A DNA stretch of 64,000 nt from an uncultured Pseudomonadota bacterium. GTDB taxonomy: Bacteria; Myxococcota_A; Polyangia; Fen-1088. Both the position numbers and the translations under genes were made by a program. Below, one piece after another: positions 29,296 through 38,114 of this stretch; positions within the stretch are counted from its first letter, which is position 1, and the number at the start of each line of letters is the position of its first letter. The stretch is taken from positions 448,001 through 512,000 of the forward strand of contig CAWKBC010000027.1 in assembly GCA_963847705.1 (NCBI GenBank), written 5' to 3'. The notes below the pieces were generated by a model. That model had not been told where the DNA came from and made no database searches. It saw only the letters and a list, made by a program, of their open reading frames with translations.

Positions 29296-30225
29296 ATGCG
29301 ACGCATTTCATTCTCGGCGGTGGCCCTCGTGTTGCTCGGTGCCCTCGGCACGATGATCGGCTGCCAGAGCGGCGACACCGTCTCCACGGGGACGGGCGGC
29401 TCGAATCAAAAGGGGAGCGGGGGCTCGTCGAGCACCGGCGGGATCACCGGCACCGGCGGAACGCCGAGCACGGGCGGAACACCCGGCACCGGCGGGACGC
29501 CAGCCACGGGCGGCGTGACCGGTGCGGGCGGCGTTGTCGGCACCGGCGGAACGACCGGCACCGGCGGAACGACCGGCACCGGCGGAACGACGGGCACCGG
29601 CGGAACGCCGAGCACGGGCGGGACGACGGGCACCGGCGGAACGACCACCGGCGGGACGACGGGAACCGGCGGGACGCCGAGCACGGGCGGGACGACGGGC
29701 ACCGGCGGAACTCCGAGCACGGGCGGGACAACGGGCACCGGCGGAACGAGCACGGGCGGAACGACCGGCACCGCCGGGAGCAACGGCTTCGGCCAGCCGG
29801 CTTGCGGCAACAACGGCGCCGGCACCGCGATCGCCAAGAACGTCGCCTGCACCGCCTCCGATCCGCAGCTCTGCTACAAGCTCTGCGGCCCGGCCAGCAT
29901 CGGGGTCAAGTCCGAGACCTGCACGACCGGCGCATACATGGAGATGTCGGGGTGCAACTTCGACCCCGGGATGGACTACTCCTGTTACATGGTTCCCGCC
30001 GCGGCGAGCACGACCTGTCCGGCGACGGCGCCGCAAGCCTCCACGGCTTGCACCGTCAGCACCTGTGTCGTCTGCGGAGGGCCGAGCGCCAGCAGCGCCG
30101 CCGGCACGGGTTACCTCGACTCGACGGGGGCCGCCAAGGTCGGCTACTGTGTCTGCCAGGCCAGCGGGAAGTGGACCTGCGCCGCGACGAACGCCTGGCC
30201 CTGTCCGGGTGGAACCGGCTGCTGA
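29296..30225 (+). CDS. Lipoprotein with long TGG stalk and Cys-rich C-terminal domain
   Basis: Lipobox MIGC; about 110 aa of TGGT(T/P) repeats; C-terminal domain with many cysteines and YLDS.G..K.GYCVC...KWTCA...WPCP. Confidence 0.8.
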   Translation: MRRISFSAVALVLLGALGTMIGCQSGDTVSTGTGGSNQKGSGGSSSTGGITGTGGTPSTGGTPGTGGTPATGGVTGAGGVVGTGGTTGTGGTTGTGGTTGTGGTPSTGGTTGTGGTTTGGTTGTGGTPSTGGTTGTGGTPSTGGTTGTGGTSTGGTTGTAGSNGFGQPACGNNGAGTAIAKNVACTASDPQLCYKLCGPASIGVKSETCTTGAYMEMSGCNFDPGMDYSCYMVPAAASTTCPATAPQASTACTVSTCVVCGGPSASSAAGTGYLDSTGAAKVGYCVCQASGKWTCAATNAWPCPGGTGC

Positions 30226-30311
30226 GCGCCAGCTCCGCAGTAGGGCGCCTTCGGGCGCCACATTGTCGGCATGGTTCGCTGCGCTCACCGTCCTCTCCGG
30301 CGACGCCACTC

Positions 30312-30899
30312 CTACCGCCGCTCCTGGCGGCGGTATCGTTCGGCGCCGAGCCGGTAGAGCACGTGGCGACGCATCGGACTCTGCGGCGGGAGGTTGGGGT
30401 GATCGAAGTCGTCCGCGGGGTCGCGGGACATCCCGAGCTTCTCCATTACATGGCGTGACCGCGCGTTGTCCGGGGTGGTCATCGAGATGATCTCGGCGAG
30501 GCGCAGCGTCTCGAAGCCGAACGCCAGCGCGGCCCGCGCCCCCTCGGTGGCGTAGCCGCGCCCCCAGGCGTCGTGCGCCAGGCGCCAGCCGATCTCGACG
30601 CAGGGGGTGAAGTGCGCCGAGAAGTTCGGCACGGCCAGGCCGATGAAGCCAATGAAGGCAGCCGGCGCGGCGCCGGTGAGCTCCACGGCCCACAGCCCGT
30701 GGCCGAGCTGCTCGAAGCCCTCGCGAATTCTCCGGGCGGAGCCGTCGCTCTCGGCGCGTGACAGGCAGGAGGGGAAATGCGCGCGGACCCGCGGATCGGC
30801 GTTGAGCGCGGCGAACGGCGCCAGGTCGTCGTCCCGCCAGGGACGCAAGATGAGGCGCTCGGTCCGCAACACGATGGGCTCGCCCACGGGGGGCAGCAT
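30312..30899 (-). CDS. GNAT N-acetyltransferase (RimJ/RimL type)
   Basis: LRTERLILRPW, VEIGWRL...WGRGYATEGA, N.RS..VMEKLGM. Confidence 0.9.
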   Translation of the reverse strand: MLPPVGEPIVLRTERLILRPWRDDDLAPFAALNADPRVRAHFPSCLSRAESDGSARRIREGFEQLGHGLWAVELTGAAPAAFIGFIGLAVPNFSAHFTPCVEIGWRLAHDAWGRGYATEGARAALAFGFETLRLAEIISMTTPDNARSRHVMEKLGMSRDPADDFDHPNLPPQSPMRRHVLYRLGAERYRRQERR

Positions 30900-30901
30900 A
30901 G

Positions 30902-32005
30902 CTAACCGGACATCGACGCGGCGGCGCGGACGACCCGGTTTCGCCCCTCGGCCTTGCCGGCGTAGAGCGCCTCGTCGGCCTTCTTGAGGCAAGCGTCGAT
31001 GCGCATCGGGCGATCGAACACCGCGACGCCGAAGGTGAGCGTGACGCTCTCACCGAGGCCGGCGATCTCGGGCAAGCGCGCCTCGACCGCGATGCGCAGC
31101 CGGTCGGCGACCTCGCAGGCGGTGACGAGATCCGTTTCGGGGAGCAGCAGAAGAAACTCCTCGCCGCCCCAGCGGGCGACCGCGTCGTGGCCGCGCAGCC
31201 GCTCGCCGAACAGCCCCGCCACGGCGTGGAGCACGCGGTCACCGGCGGCGTGGCCGTGGGCGTCGTTGATCCGTTTGAAGCGATCCACGTCGGCCATGAC
31301 GACGCTGAACGCGCGGCCGGTGCGCTGGAATTCCTGCGCCGCCTCGCGCAGACGCTGCTCCATCGAGCGCCGGTTGAGGAGGCCCGTCAGCGGATCGGTG
31401 TGCGCCATCGACTCCATCCGGCGCTCGGCGGTGGTCGACGCGCGCCGAAAGTAGAAGGTGACCAGCGCCAGGGCCAGGAGGGGTATTGCCAGGTTCGCGT
31501 AGCGCCAGATCGAGGTCAGATAGCCGGGGAGGACGGCGCCGGTGACCGTCCCCTCGGGGGCCAGGGCGCGCAAGGCGATCAGCGCCACGAAGATGCCCGC
31601 CGAGATGATCGCCACGGTGCGGCTGGCCAGGCGATCGTTGAACATCACGAACGGGATGAGCGGGACCAGGTAGTACTGAAACCCGCTCGCCCAGCCGAGC
31701 GCGGCAACGGCCAGGAGTGCGTGCGCCACCACCTCCATGGTGATGAGCCCCATGGCGAGCGTGCTGCGTCCGCGGCGGTTGACGATCGCCGCCGCCAGCC
31801 AGAGCGCCACGCTCAGCACGTTGAAGGCCGCCAGGCGCAGGTGGCCGCCGAGGGCGAACATCGGAACGAAGCTGGCGTGGGCGACGATGCCGACCCAGGC
31901 CACGTGACGGACGACGGCGGCGATCCGCGGCGGGGGCGCCACCGCCGGGATGCCGGCGGTTACGCGACGAACCGGTCCCGTGGCGTGTGTGCCGGTGTCT
32001 GGCAC
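30902..32005 (-). CDS. Membrane-bound diguanylate cyclase
   Basis: About 6 TM helices; DPLTGLLNRR, DVDRFKRIND.HGH..GD, RxxD I-site (RGHD), GGEEF, ADEALY..K..GRN. Confidence 0.92.
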   Translation of the reverse strand: MPDTGTHATGPVRRVTAGIPAVAPPPRIAAVVRHVAWVGIVAHASFVPMFALGGHLRLAAFNVLSVALWLAAAIVNRRGRSTLAMGLITMEVVAHALLAVAALGWASGFQYYLVPLIPFVMFNDRLASRTVAIISAGIFVALIALRALAPEGTVTGAVLPGYLTSIWRYANLAIPLLALALVTFYFRRASTTAERRMESMAHTDPLTGLLNRRSMEQRLREAAQEFQRTGRAFSVVMADVDRFKRINDAHGHAAGDRVLHAVAGLFGERLRGHDAVARWGGEEFLLLLPETDLVTACEVADRLRIAVEARLPEIAGLGESVTLTFGVAVFDRPMRIDACLKKADEALYAGKAEGRNRVVRAAASMSG

Positions 32006-32016
32006 GCGGTGGCGCC

Positions 32017-32045
32017 AGAATACGGAGCGCGGTGGTTCAAGTCAA
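32017..32045 (-). promoter_or_regulatory. Sigma-70-type promoter of the diguanylate cyclase
   Basis: TTGACT-N17-TATTCT, 11 nt before the GTG start. Confidence 0.65.
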
Positions 32046-32172
32046 AAGCCGCGCGGCCGTCTGTGCGGTCGTCGGGTCGGGTCGCGTGAACGCCGACGGG
32101 CGCCCTCGAAACAGGCCGGAAACAACCCAGGCAAGGAAGCCGAGAGATCGGCCGTCGGCGCGGGGCGCGCGA

Positions 32173-32523
32173 TCAGCGCTTGGCTTCGAGCGAGAGCGTG
32201 AGCCGGGCCGCGGTGACGGAGGCGAGGCCGATCGTCAGGGCCGCGACGGCAATCCCCAACGCGATGGACCCCTTCGACCCGTGGCCGGCCTTGACGATCC
32301 ACTGGAATGGAAAGGCCATCCCCAGCGCCATTCCGCCCATCCCGCCGAGGATCGACGTCATCCGGCAGTTGTTCGAGAGGTCGTAGTGACCGCCGCAGGC
32401 CTTGCAGACGAGGAATCGGTTGTTCTCGCGCGAGGGGAGCAGGTTCCACATGGTCAGCCCGACCGATTTTCCGCAGTGCGGACAGGCATCCTTGGCGCGC
32501 GTGGCTTCTGGGCTCATTTGCAC
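32173..32523 (-). CDS. Small zinc-ribbon membrane protein
   Basis: CPHC ... CKAC followed by two TM helices; TGt-TAAACT 5 nt before GTG 32523 (alternative ATG 32517). Confidence 0.7.
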   Translation of the reverse strand: MQMSPEATRAKDACPHCGKSVGLTMWNLLPSRENNRFLVCKACGGHYDLSNNCRMTSILGGMGGMALGMAFPFQWIVKAGHGSKGSIALGIAVAALTIGLASVTAARLTLSLEAKR

Positions 32524-32586
32524 CCGCCAGTTTAACAGGGAGAGCCCGCGCCTCCACACTTGCATCGGAGCGCGACCTCAAGAACG

Positions 32587-33357
32587 ATGAGGGGCGTGAA
32601 ATTCGGGCTCTTCGTCGATCCGGACACCACCCGCTTCAGCGGTCTGCGCCTCCGCCGTCTCAAGGAGGCGATCAAGGACCCGAAGATCCTCGAGGCGCTG
32701 GTGGAAGAGCTGGAGGTCACCGGGGCCTCGGGCGGCAACAAGATGGCGGCGATCGAGCGCCGGATCGAGGAGCTTCGCGCGACGAAGGGCTCCCTCTGGT
32801 ACGAGGTGGCGGCGCCGGAGATTCTGGCAGCGTCGATCTTCCGGGCCAAAAAGCTTCAGGGCCCCGTCGTCGACGAGCTCTTCAGGCGCGTCCCCCGCGT
32901 CCAGGATCTCGCGGCGCCGCTGGCCATGTGGCTGGACATGGCTGGCCTGACCCCGCACCCGGGCGGCGCCCCCGGCCTCGGCCGCGCCAACCTCATCGGC
33001 TACCGCGGCGGGACCTTCGTCTCGGGTGGGCGCGTGGTGGGGATCGAAGCGACCAATGACGTCAACGAGCTCGGCCGCGCGCTCGACGAACCGAGAAGAG
33101 AGCGCGACAAGTTGACGGCGTCGTACCTGGCCTGCACCCCGGCGCTGGTGGCCGCGCTCCTCTGGGCCCGCACCGCCGTGGCGCCGCGCTGGGAGCCGGA
33201 CGCTCTGCGTACGAAACTAAAGGCGGGAGGGCTCGGTCTGCTGCTGGTCGAGGGTGACGCCATCTCGCAGGCGATCCTTCCCGAGGAGCGAAAGCTCGAC
33301 GCCGGGAATCTGGCGGCCATCGCCGCCGCCTTGCAGGCGGCCAAGCCCGGCGGCTAG
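32587..33357 (+). CDS. Hypothetical protein with degenerate PD-(D/E)xK nuclease-like domain
   Basis: GRANLIGY...VVGIEATN...RALDE...SYLA...GLGLLLV follows the restriction-endonuclease-fold pattern with catalytic D and K substituted. Confidence 0.6.
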   Translation: MRGVKFGLFVDPDTTRFSGLRLRRLKEAIKDPKILEALVEELEVTGASGGNKMAAIERRIEELRATKGSLWYEVAAPEILAASIFRAKKLQGPVVDELFRRVPRVQDLAAPLAMWLDMAGLTPHPGGAPGLGRANLIGYRGGTFVSGGRVVGIEATNDVNELGRALDEPRRERDKLTASYLACTPALVAALLWARTAVAPRWEPDALRTKLKAGGLGLLLVEGDAISQAILPEERKLDAGNLAAIAAALQAAKPGG

Positions 33358-33362
33358 ACCGG

Positions 33363-34061
33363 TCAGCCCAGGTCGAACACGAGAACTTCGGCCGGCTCGC
33401 TGGCCCGGATGGCGACGCGGGCCTCGTCGCTGACCGACGCGCCGTCGCCGGCGACGAGCGACGTTCCGTTGAGGTCGACCGCGCCGCGCGCCACCTGAAC
33501 CCAGGCGTGGCGGACCGGTCGCAGCAAATGCGCGATCTCGCTGCCCGCGTCGAGCCGCGCGACGAAGATCTCCGCGTCCTGGTGCACGGTCACCGCGCCG
33601 TCGCGCCCATCGGGCGCGGCGATGAGGCGAAGCTGGTTGTGGATCGACTCGGGCGCCAGCGTCTTCTGCTCGTAGCCCGGCTCGATGCCGCGGCGGTCGG
33701 GGAGGATCCAGATCTGCAAGAAGTGCACGAACTCGGTCTTGGAGTGGTTCCACTCGCTGTGCGTGACGCCGGTGCCGGCGCTCATGCGCTGGACGTCGCC
33801 GGGACGAATCACGGAGCCGGTCCCCATGCTGTCCTTGTGCCCGAGCTCGCCCTCGAGGACGTACGACACGATCTCCATGTCGCGGTGGGAGTGGGTGCCG
33901 AACCCGCTCTCGGGCTTCACGCGATCCTCGTTGATGACGCGCAGGGCGCGAAAGCCCATGTGCCGTGGGTCATGGTATTCGCCGAACGAAAACGTATGCT
34001 GGGTGTCGAGCCAGCCGTAGTTCTCGTGCCCCCGCTCCCCCGCACGCCTGACGCTGATCAT
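33363..34061 (-). CDS. Pirin family protein (YhhW-like)
   Basis: GWL...HTFSF..Y, LRVINED, GFGTHSHRDMEI, HKDSMG, MSAGTGVTHSE, LQIWI. Confidence 0.93.
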   Translation of the reverse strand: MISVRRAGERGHENYGWLDTQHTFSFGEYHDPRHMGFRALRVINEDRVKPESGFGTHSHRDMEIVSYVLEGELGHKDSMGTGSVIRPGDVQRMSAGTGVTHSEWNHSKTEFVHFLQIWILPDRRGIEPGYEQKTLAPESIHNQLRLIAAPDGRDGAVTVHQDAEIFVARLDAGSEIAHLLRPVRHAWVQVARGAVDLNGTSLVAGDGASVSDEARVAIRASEPAEVLVFDLG

Positions 34062-34146
34062 GCCCACGTTCTATCGCAGGTTCCGGGCGGGTGCATCGGT
34101 CGAAGGCCTAGGCCTGGCCCGGCGGCCGCGGGATATCATTTTGCCC

Positions 34147-35349
34147 GTGCGTCGCTCGCTGGCCCTGGGCGCGCTCTGTCTCGGTCTGATGATGGGCGCC
34201 TGCGGCGGGGGCGCCAGCGACGGGATGAAGGCGGCCCAACCGGTCCTGCCGCAGGTGGTTGACGTGGGCGGAACGGTCCTGGTCTCTCCCAAGGTCCAGC
34301 CCATCCTTTACGCAAGCGACACCGGAGCCACGGACATCCAGGCGTTTCTGCAAGAGCTGGCCACCACCAGTTACTGGACGCAGGCGACCTCCGAGTACGG
34401 GGTCGGGCCGCTCACCGTCCTTCCCGCCGTCATGCTGTCCGGCCCGGCGCCGGCGTCGGTCAGCGACGCGATGCTGGAGTCGAGCCTGGCCACCAACACC
34501 TCCGGCGCGAACCCTGCCTGGGGCGCCGCCGATCCGAGCACCATCTATCTGTTCGTGCTCCCCGAGGGAAGCATCGAGTCGGACTCCGAGGGGGCCTGCT
34601 GCACCGATTACGACGGGTATCACTTCCAGGCCGAGGTGGGCTCGGTGACGGTGCCTTACGCGCTCTCCTGCGCCTGTCCCGGCTTCGACGGGCCCCAGAT
34701 CACCGACCTGCAGGAGCGCACCATCGACATGAGCCACGAGCTGGTCGAATCGGCGACCGATCCCTTCCCCAACAGCGATCCGGCCTACACGCAGGAAGAC
34801 GACGCGGACATCGTCTGGACGCTGGTGACCGACGGCGAGGTGGCCGACATGTGCGAGTTCAACGACGACGCCAACGTGATCCCCCCGGGCTCGACCTACA
34901 TGGTTCAGCGCACGTGGTCGAACGCCGCCGCCGCGCGCTTCGAGAACCCCTGCGTCCCGGTGGTCACCACGACGCCGTACTTCAACAGCTTCCCGCAGCT
35001 CGGGAACATCAGCTACAACGCGGGCCACATCACCACGCAGGGGATCGACATTCCGCTGGGCCAGAGCAAGACGATCGACGTCGCCCTGGTGGCCGCGGCG
35101 GGCATGGGAGAGCCCTGGACCGCCGCGCCCTACGACTATGACGACGCGATTCTCGGCCTCAGCCCCGACTCCGTCCTCAGGCCGCTCAACTTCAGCGGCG
35201 GTGACGGCCAGACCTTTCCCCTCACCATCAACCCCACCAACGCGGACGACGACCTCCAGGGCGAGGCGTTCATCATCTGGTCCGATTACGGCGCCCCTGG
35301 CGCTCCCGACTTCGAAAGCCAGGTCACGATGGGGCTCGTCACGAATTAG
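34147..35349 (+). CDS. Acidic lipoprotein of unknown function (GYH / SHE..E..TDP / E.AD.C motifs)
   Basis: Lipobox MGAC; SEYGVG, YDGYH, SHELVESATDP, GEVADMC, VQRTWSN; TATCAT 7 nt before GTG. Confidence 0.75.
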   Translation: MRRSLALGALCLGLMMGACGGGASDGMKAAQPVLPQVVDVGGTVLVSPKVQPILYASDTGATDIQAFLQELATTSYWTQATSEYGVGPLTVLPAVMLSGPAPASVSDAMLESSLATNTSGANPAWGAADPSTIYLFVLPEGSIESDSEGACCTDYDGYHFQAEVGSVTVPYALSCACPGFDGPQITDLQERTIDMSHELVESATDPFPNSDPAYTQEDDADIVWTLVTDGEVADMCEFNDDANVIPPGSTYMVQRTWSNAAAARFENPCVPVVTTTPYFNSFPQLGNISYNAGHITTQGIDIPLGQSKTIDVALVAAAGMGEPWTAAPYDYDDAILGLSPDSVLRPLNFSGGDGQTFPLTINPTNADDDLQGEAFIIWSDYGAPGAPDFESQVTMGLVTN

Positions 35350-35352
35350 TTT

Positions 35353-35382
35353 TGAGCCTCCGAAGCGCGCGGCCGGCACTTC
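35353..35382 (+). promoter_or_regulatory. Shared motif B (TGAGCC-N17-GCACTTC), ECF-type promoter candidate
   Basis: Ends 11 nt before ATG 35394; matches the copies at 38049, 53203 and 56849. Confidence 0.65.
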
Positions 35383-35393
35383 GAGGGGTCGAC

Positions 35394-37796
35394 ATGTTGC
35401 GCCTCACCATCGTCAGTGCGGGGATTGTTGCTCTCACCGCGGTCGGCTGCGGAGGCGGGTCGCAGTCGCGGGACGGCGGCGGGCATGACGGGCACGACGC
35501 CGGAGCGGCGGACGCTCCGCCGCCCGGGACCGACGCGGCGAGGGCGCAGACCTACGCGCTGACGGTGACGGCGGTCGACACGACGTTCGTGACCGAGGAC
35601 CACTTCATCGCCGCGGTCGAGATGCAGCTGGCGGGCGAGCCGTTCGCCGAGTCGATGGGGCGCGATCTCGGCGGCTACACCCGCGACTACGCCTGCCAGG
35701 ACGCCGCCTGTCAGGCGAGCGTCTACACCGATCCCAGCTCGGCCGACGGCGGCACCGTCATCGACCTCCCCGGTTACGCATCGGGGGTCGAGTCCTACGA
35801 GTACTCGAAGCAGCCGATGAACAACATCGCCTTCGAGTCGGGGGCGGGGACGTCGCTGCTGTTCGGCCCGGTGCTCAACCCGACCGGGGCCAGTGGCGCC
35901 GACGCGCTGGCGCTGGCCCAGACCTGGTTCACTCACATGGGCAGCGGCAGCAACGCCTACGCCTACGTGACGGCGCCAGGGCCGAGCAATCCGCTGGGCT
36001 GGGCGGGGCTCTGGCCGGTGCTCCAGCCGTTCTCCTCGTGGGACCCGACGATCGCGCCCACCAGCCACGCGGCCGTCTGTCAGCTCACCTCGGACGATAA
36101 TCCGGGGCTGCATGCCGCGCTCTACTCCGACGACTACGAGTGCGATTACACCACGCTGAACCTGCCCGATCGCGAGGCCCAGGTGACGAAGACCATCGGG
36201 CCCGGGTCGTCCGGGTGGACCGACTGGAAGGAGGCGCTCTGGACGCTCAACTACCTCCAGGTGATGCACAACGTGAAGGAGGCGGCGGTCGAGACGGTGT
36301 CGAGCGCCACGATGGACCAGGTCGGCGTTCCGGGCAACGACGTCACGGGGAACATTCTCCCCGGCACTTACCTGGGGTCGAGCAACGTCGAGGGCTTCCA
36401 GGCCGGCAACTTCATCCAGATTCTCGACAACCAGGCGGCCGAGTGGCTGCTCCAGCTCACCACCACCGACGGGGCGGCGCTGGGCGGGTTCGCCAGCCTG
36501 GCCGACGCGCTCGACTACAGCCCGACGTCGGCGGCGCGCTGGTTCCCGGCCTCCATCGGCGTCACCGAGACCGACGACGCCAGCGGCTTCCCGCGGCCGA
36601 GCGGCTACGCGATCGCCTCGGCCGACAGCCACCTGCTCGATCTGGCTGGTCTGCTGGGCGCCTACGCCAGCGTCTACGCGCTGACCGACCAGTCGAACAC
36701 CGACGTCGGCGGCAGCCAGCCGGCCGAGGTCTACTTCGACGGCGATCCGTTCCCGATCCAGAACCAGACGCCCGACGGTTCTCCCACGCTGCACGATCGC
36801 GCGCTGGGAATGATCCGCGTGGCCGTGGTGAACATGGACCGGTTCCATCTCGACGCGACGAGCGGCCTCTTCGTCGACGATGCCAAGCTGGCGAGCGGCA
36901 AGCTCGCGCCCGGGACGACGCTGTCGGCCGACGTGGCGGCCTACACGCTGCTCTCGCTGCGCACGGCGCGGCGCGCGCTCGACTCCGAGCTCACGCTCTA
37001 CGCCAACACCAGCCCCGACACACAGGGGATCCCGTCGCCGCTCGACAGCTTTTCGATGGTCGACGGCGTCAGCTTCGCCGCGCGGCTCGACGCGCTCATC
37101 ACGGTCCTCTCCAACGCCTTCTACGACAAGCTGACCACCGCGGCGGGGGTCGCCTACGCGGGGTGGGACGTGGCGGGCGAAAGACCGACCGATGGGGGGA
37201 CCAGCCTCGACGCGCACAGCGCCGCCGTGCGCGGCCTCCTGGTCGCTTATCTCGCCACCGGCCAGACCAAGTTCCGCGACCGCGCCGCGCAGGTCTTCGC
37301 GCACCTCGACGGCACGTTCTACGACGCGGCCGCGCGCATCTACCGGCCGACCGCCGGCGACAGGTCGCTGACGGTCACCTTCACGCCGCGGCGGTTCGGG
37401 CTCTTGCAGGGTGCGCTGCGCGACACCTACCAGCTCATCGCCACGCTCCCCGGCCAGGACCTGCTGGCGGCGCAGGTCCTCGATCGCGTGGGACGCCTCG
37501 ACAAGCTGGTGCTGAACGGCTGGGACGATCGCAACCAGAACCAGATCGTCGACTGGCCCGACGAGTGTGCCCAGCTGGGCACCGGCCCGGACGGCGAGCC
37601 GATGGGGAAGGGTGGGCTGCAGATGGCCGAGCGGACGCTCTCGGGCGAGACCGGCTCGCTGGCGCCGTTCACGCCGGACGCCGGCGATCGCGTGATCACC
37701 ACGGATCGCGAGCACGACTGCGTGCCGGAGATCTCGGCGGCCAAGCTCCCCTCGGCGCTGGCCAACTCCGTGACGTTCACGCTCACACCGCGCTGA
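35394..37796 (+). CDS. Large acidic lipoprotein of unknown function (about 800 aa)
   Basis: Lipobox TAVGC; strong codon bias; C-terminal helical region with GLLVAYLATG..KFRDRA resembling alpha/alpha-toroid proteins. Confidence 0.8.
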   Translation: MLRLTIVSAGIVALTAVGCGGGSQSRDGGGHDGHDAGAADAPPPGTDAARAQTYALTVTAVDTTFVTEDHFIAAVEMQLAGEPFAESMGRDLGGYTRDYACQDAACQASVYTDPSSADGGTVIDLPGYASGVESYEYSKQPMNNIAFESGAGTSLLFGPVLNPTGASGADALALAQTWFTHMGSGSNAYAYVTAPGPSNPLGWAGLWPVLQPFSSWDPTIAPTSHAAVCQLTSDDNPGLHAALYSDDYECDYTTLNLPDREAQVTKTIGPGSSGWTDWKEALWTLNYLQVMHNVKEAAVETVSSATMDQVGVPGNDVTGNILPGTYLGSSNVEGFQAGNFIQILDNQAAEWLLQLTTTDGAALGGFASLADALDYSPTSAARWFPASIGVTETDDASGFPRPSGYAIASADSHLLDLAGLLGAYASVYALTDQSNTDVGGSQPAEVYFDGDPFPIQNQTPDGSPTLHDRALGMIRVAVVNMDRFHLDATSGLFVDDAKLASGKLAPGTTLSADVAAYTLLSLRTARRALDSELTLYANTSPDTQGIPSPLDSFSMVDGVSFAARLDALITVLSNAFYDKLTTAAGVAYAGWDVAGERPTDGGTSLDAHSAAVRGLLVAYLATGQTKFRDRAAQVFAHLDGTFYDAAARIYRPTAGDRSLTVTFTPRRFGLLQGALRDTYQLIATLPGQDLLAAQVLDRVGRLDKLVLNGWDDRNQNQIVDWPDECAQLGTGPDGEPMGKGGLQMAERTLSGETGSLAPFTPDAGDRVITTDREHDCVPEISAAKLPSALANSVTFTLTPR

Positions 37797-37811
37797 CGCA
37801 CCCGCCGAATG

Positions 37812-38046
37812 ATCGCGTGAACTCCGCTCGGCATCGCCGAGAGGAGATCGGCGCGGGAGGGTTTGGGAACCCTCTCAGGGTTCCCATCTAATCGCGTGAA
37901 CTCCGCTCGGCATCGCCGAGGGGAGATCGGCGCGGGAGGGCTTGGGAACCCTCTCAGGGTTCACATCTAATCGCGTGAACTCCGCTCGGCATCGCCGAGA
38001 GGAGATCGGCGCGGGAGGGTTTGGGAACCCTCTCAGGGTTCCCATC
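37812..38046. repeat. 3 x 79-bp intergenic tandem array, two hairpins per unit (REP/BIME-like)
   Basis: Units start at 37812, 37891 and 37970; each has CTCGGC-ATC-GCCGAG and TGGGAACCCT-CTC-AGGGTTCCCA; unit 2 differs at 3 positions. Confidence 0.92.
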
Positions 38047-38048
38047 GA

Positions 38049-38084
38049 GATTGGTGAGCCGCCGGGAGAGGTCGTGGGCACCTC
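38049..38084 (+). promoter_or_regulatory. Shared motif B (GATTGGTGAGCC-N17-GCACCTC)
   Basis: Upstream of SD GAGGAG and ATG 38115; 18 of 19 motif positions identical to the copy at 56849-56884. Confidence 0.65.
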
Positions 38085-38114
38085 GCCTCTGTCGTCCCAC
38101 CGAGGAGAGTGCCC

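Noticed and set aside
32025-32050. tRNA T-loop-like GGTTCAAGTC
   Set aside because: No T-stem pairing or cloverleaf; the sequence is better explained as the -35 region of the diguanylate cyclase promoter on the other strand.
37812-38046. CRISPR array
   Set aside because: Units are near-identical along their whole 79 bp with no unique spacers, and no cas genes are in the window.
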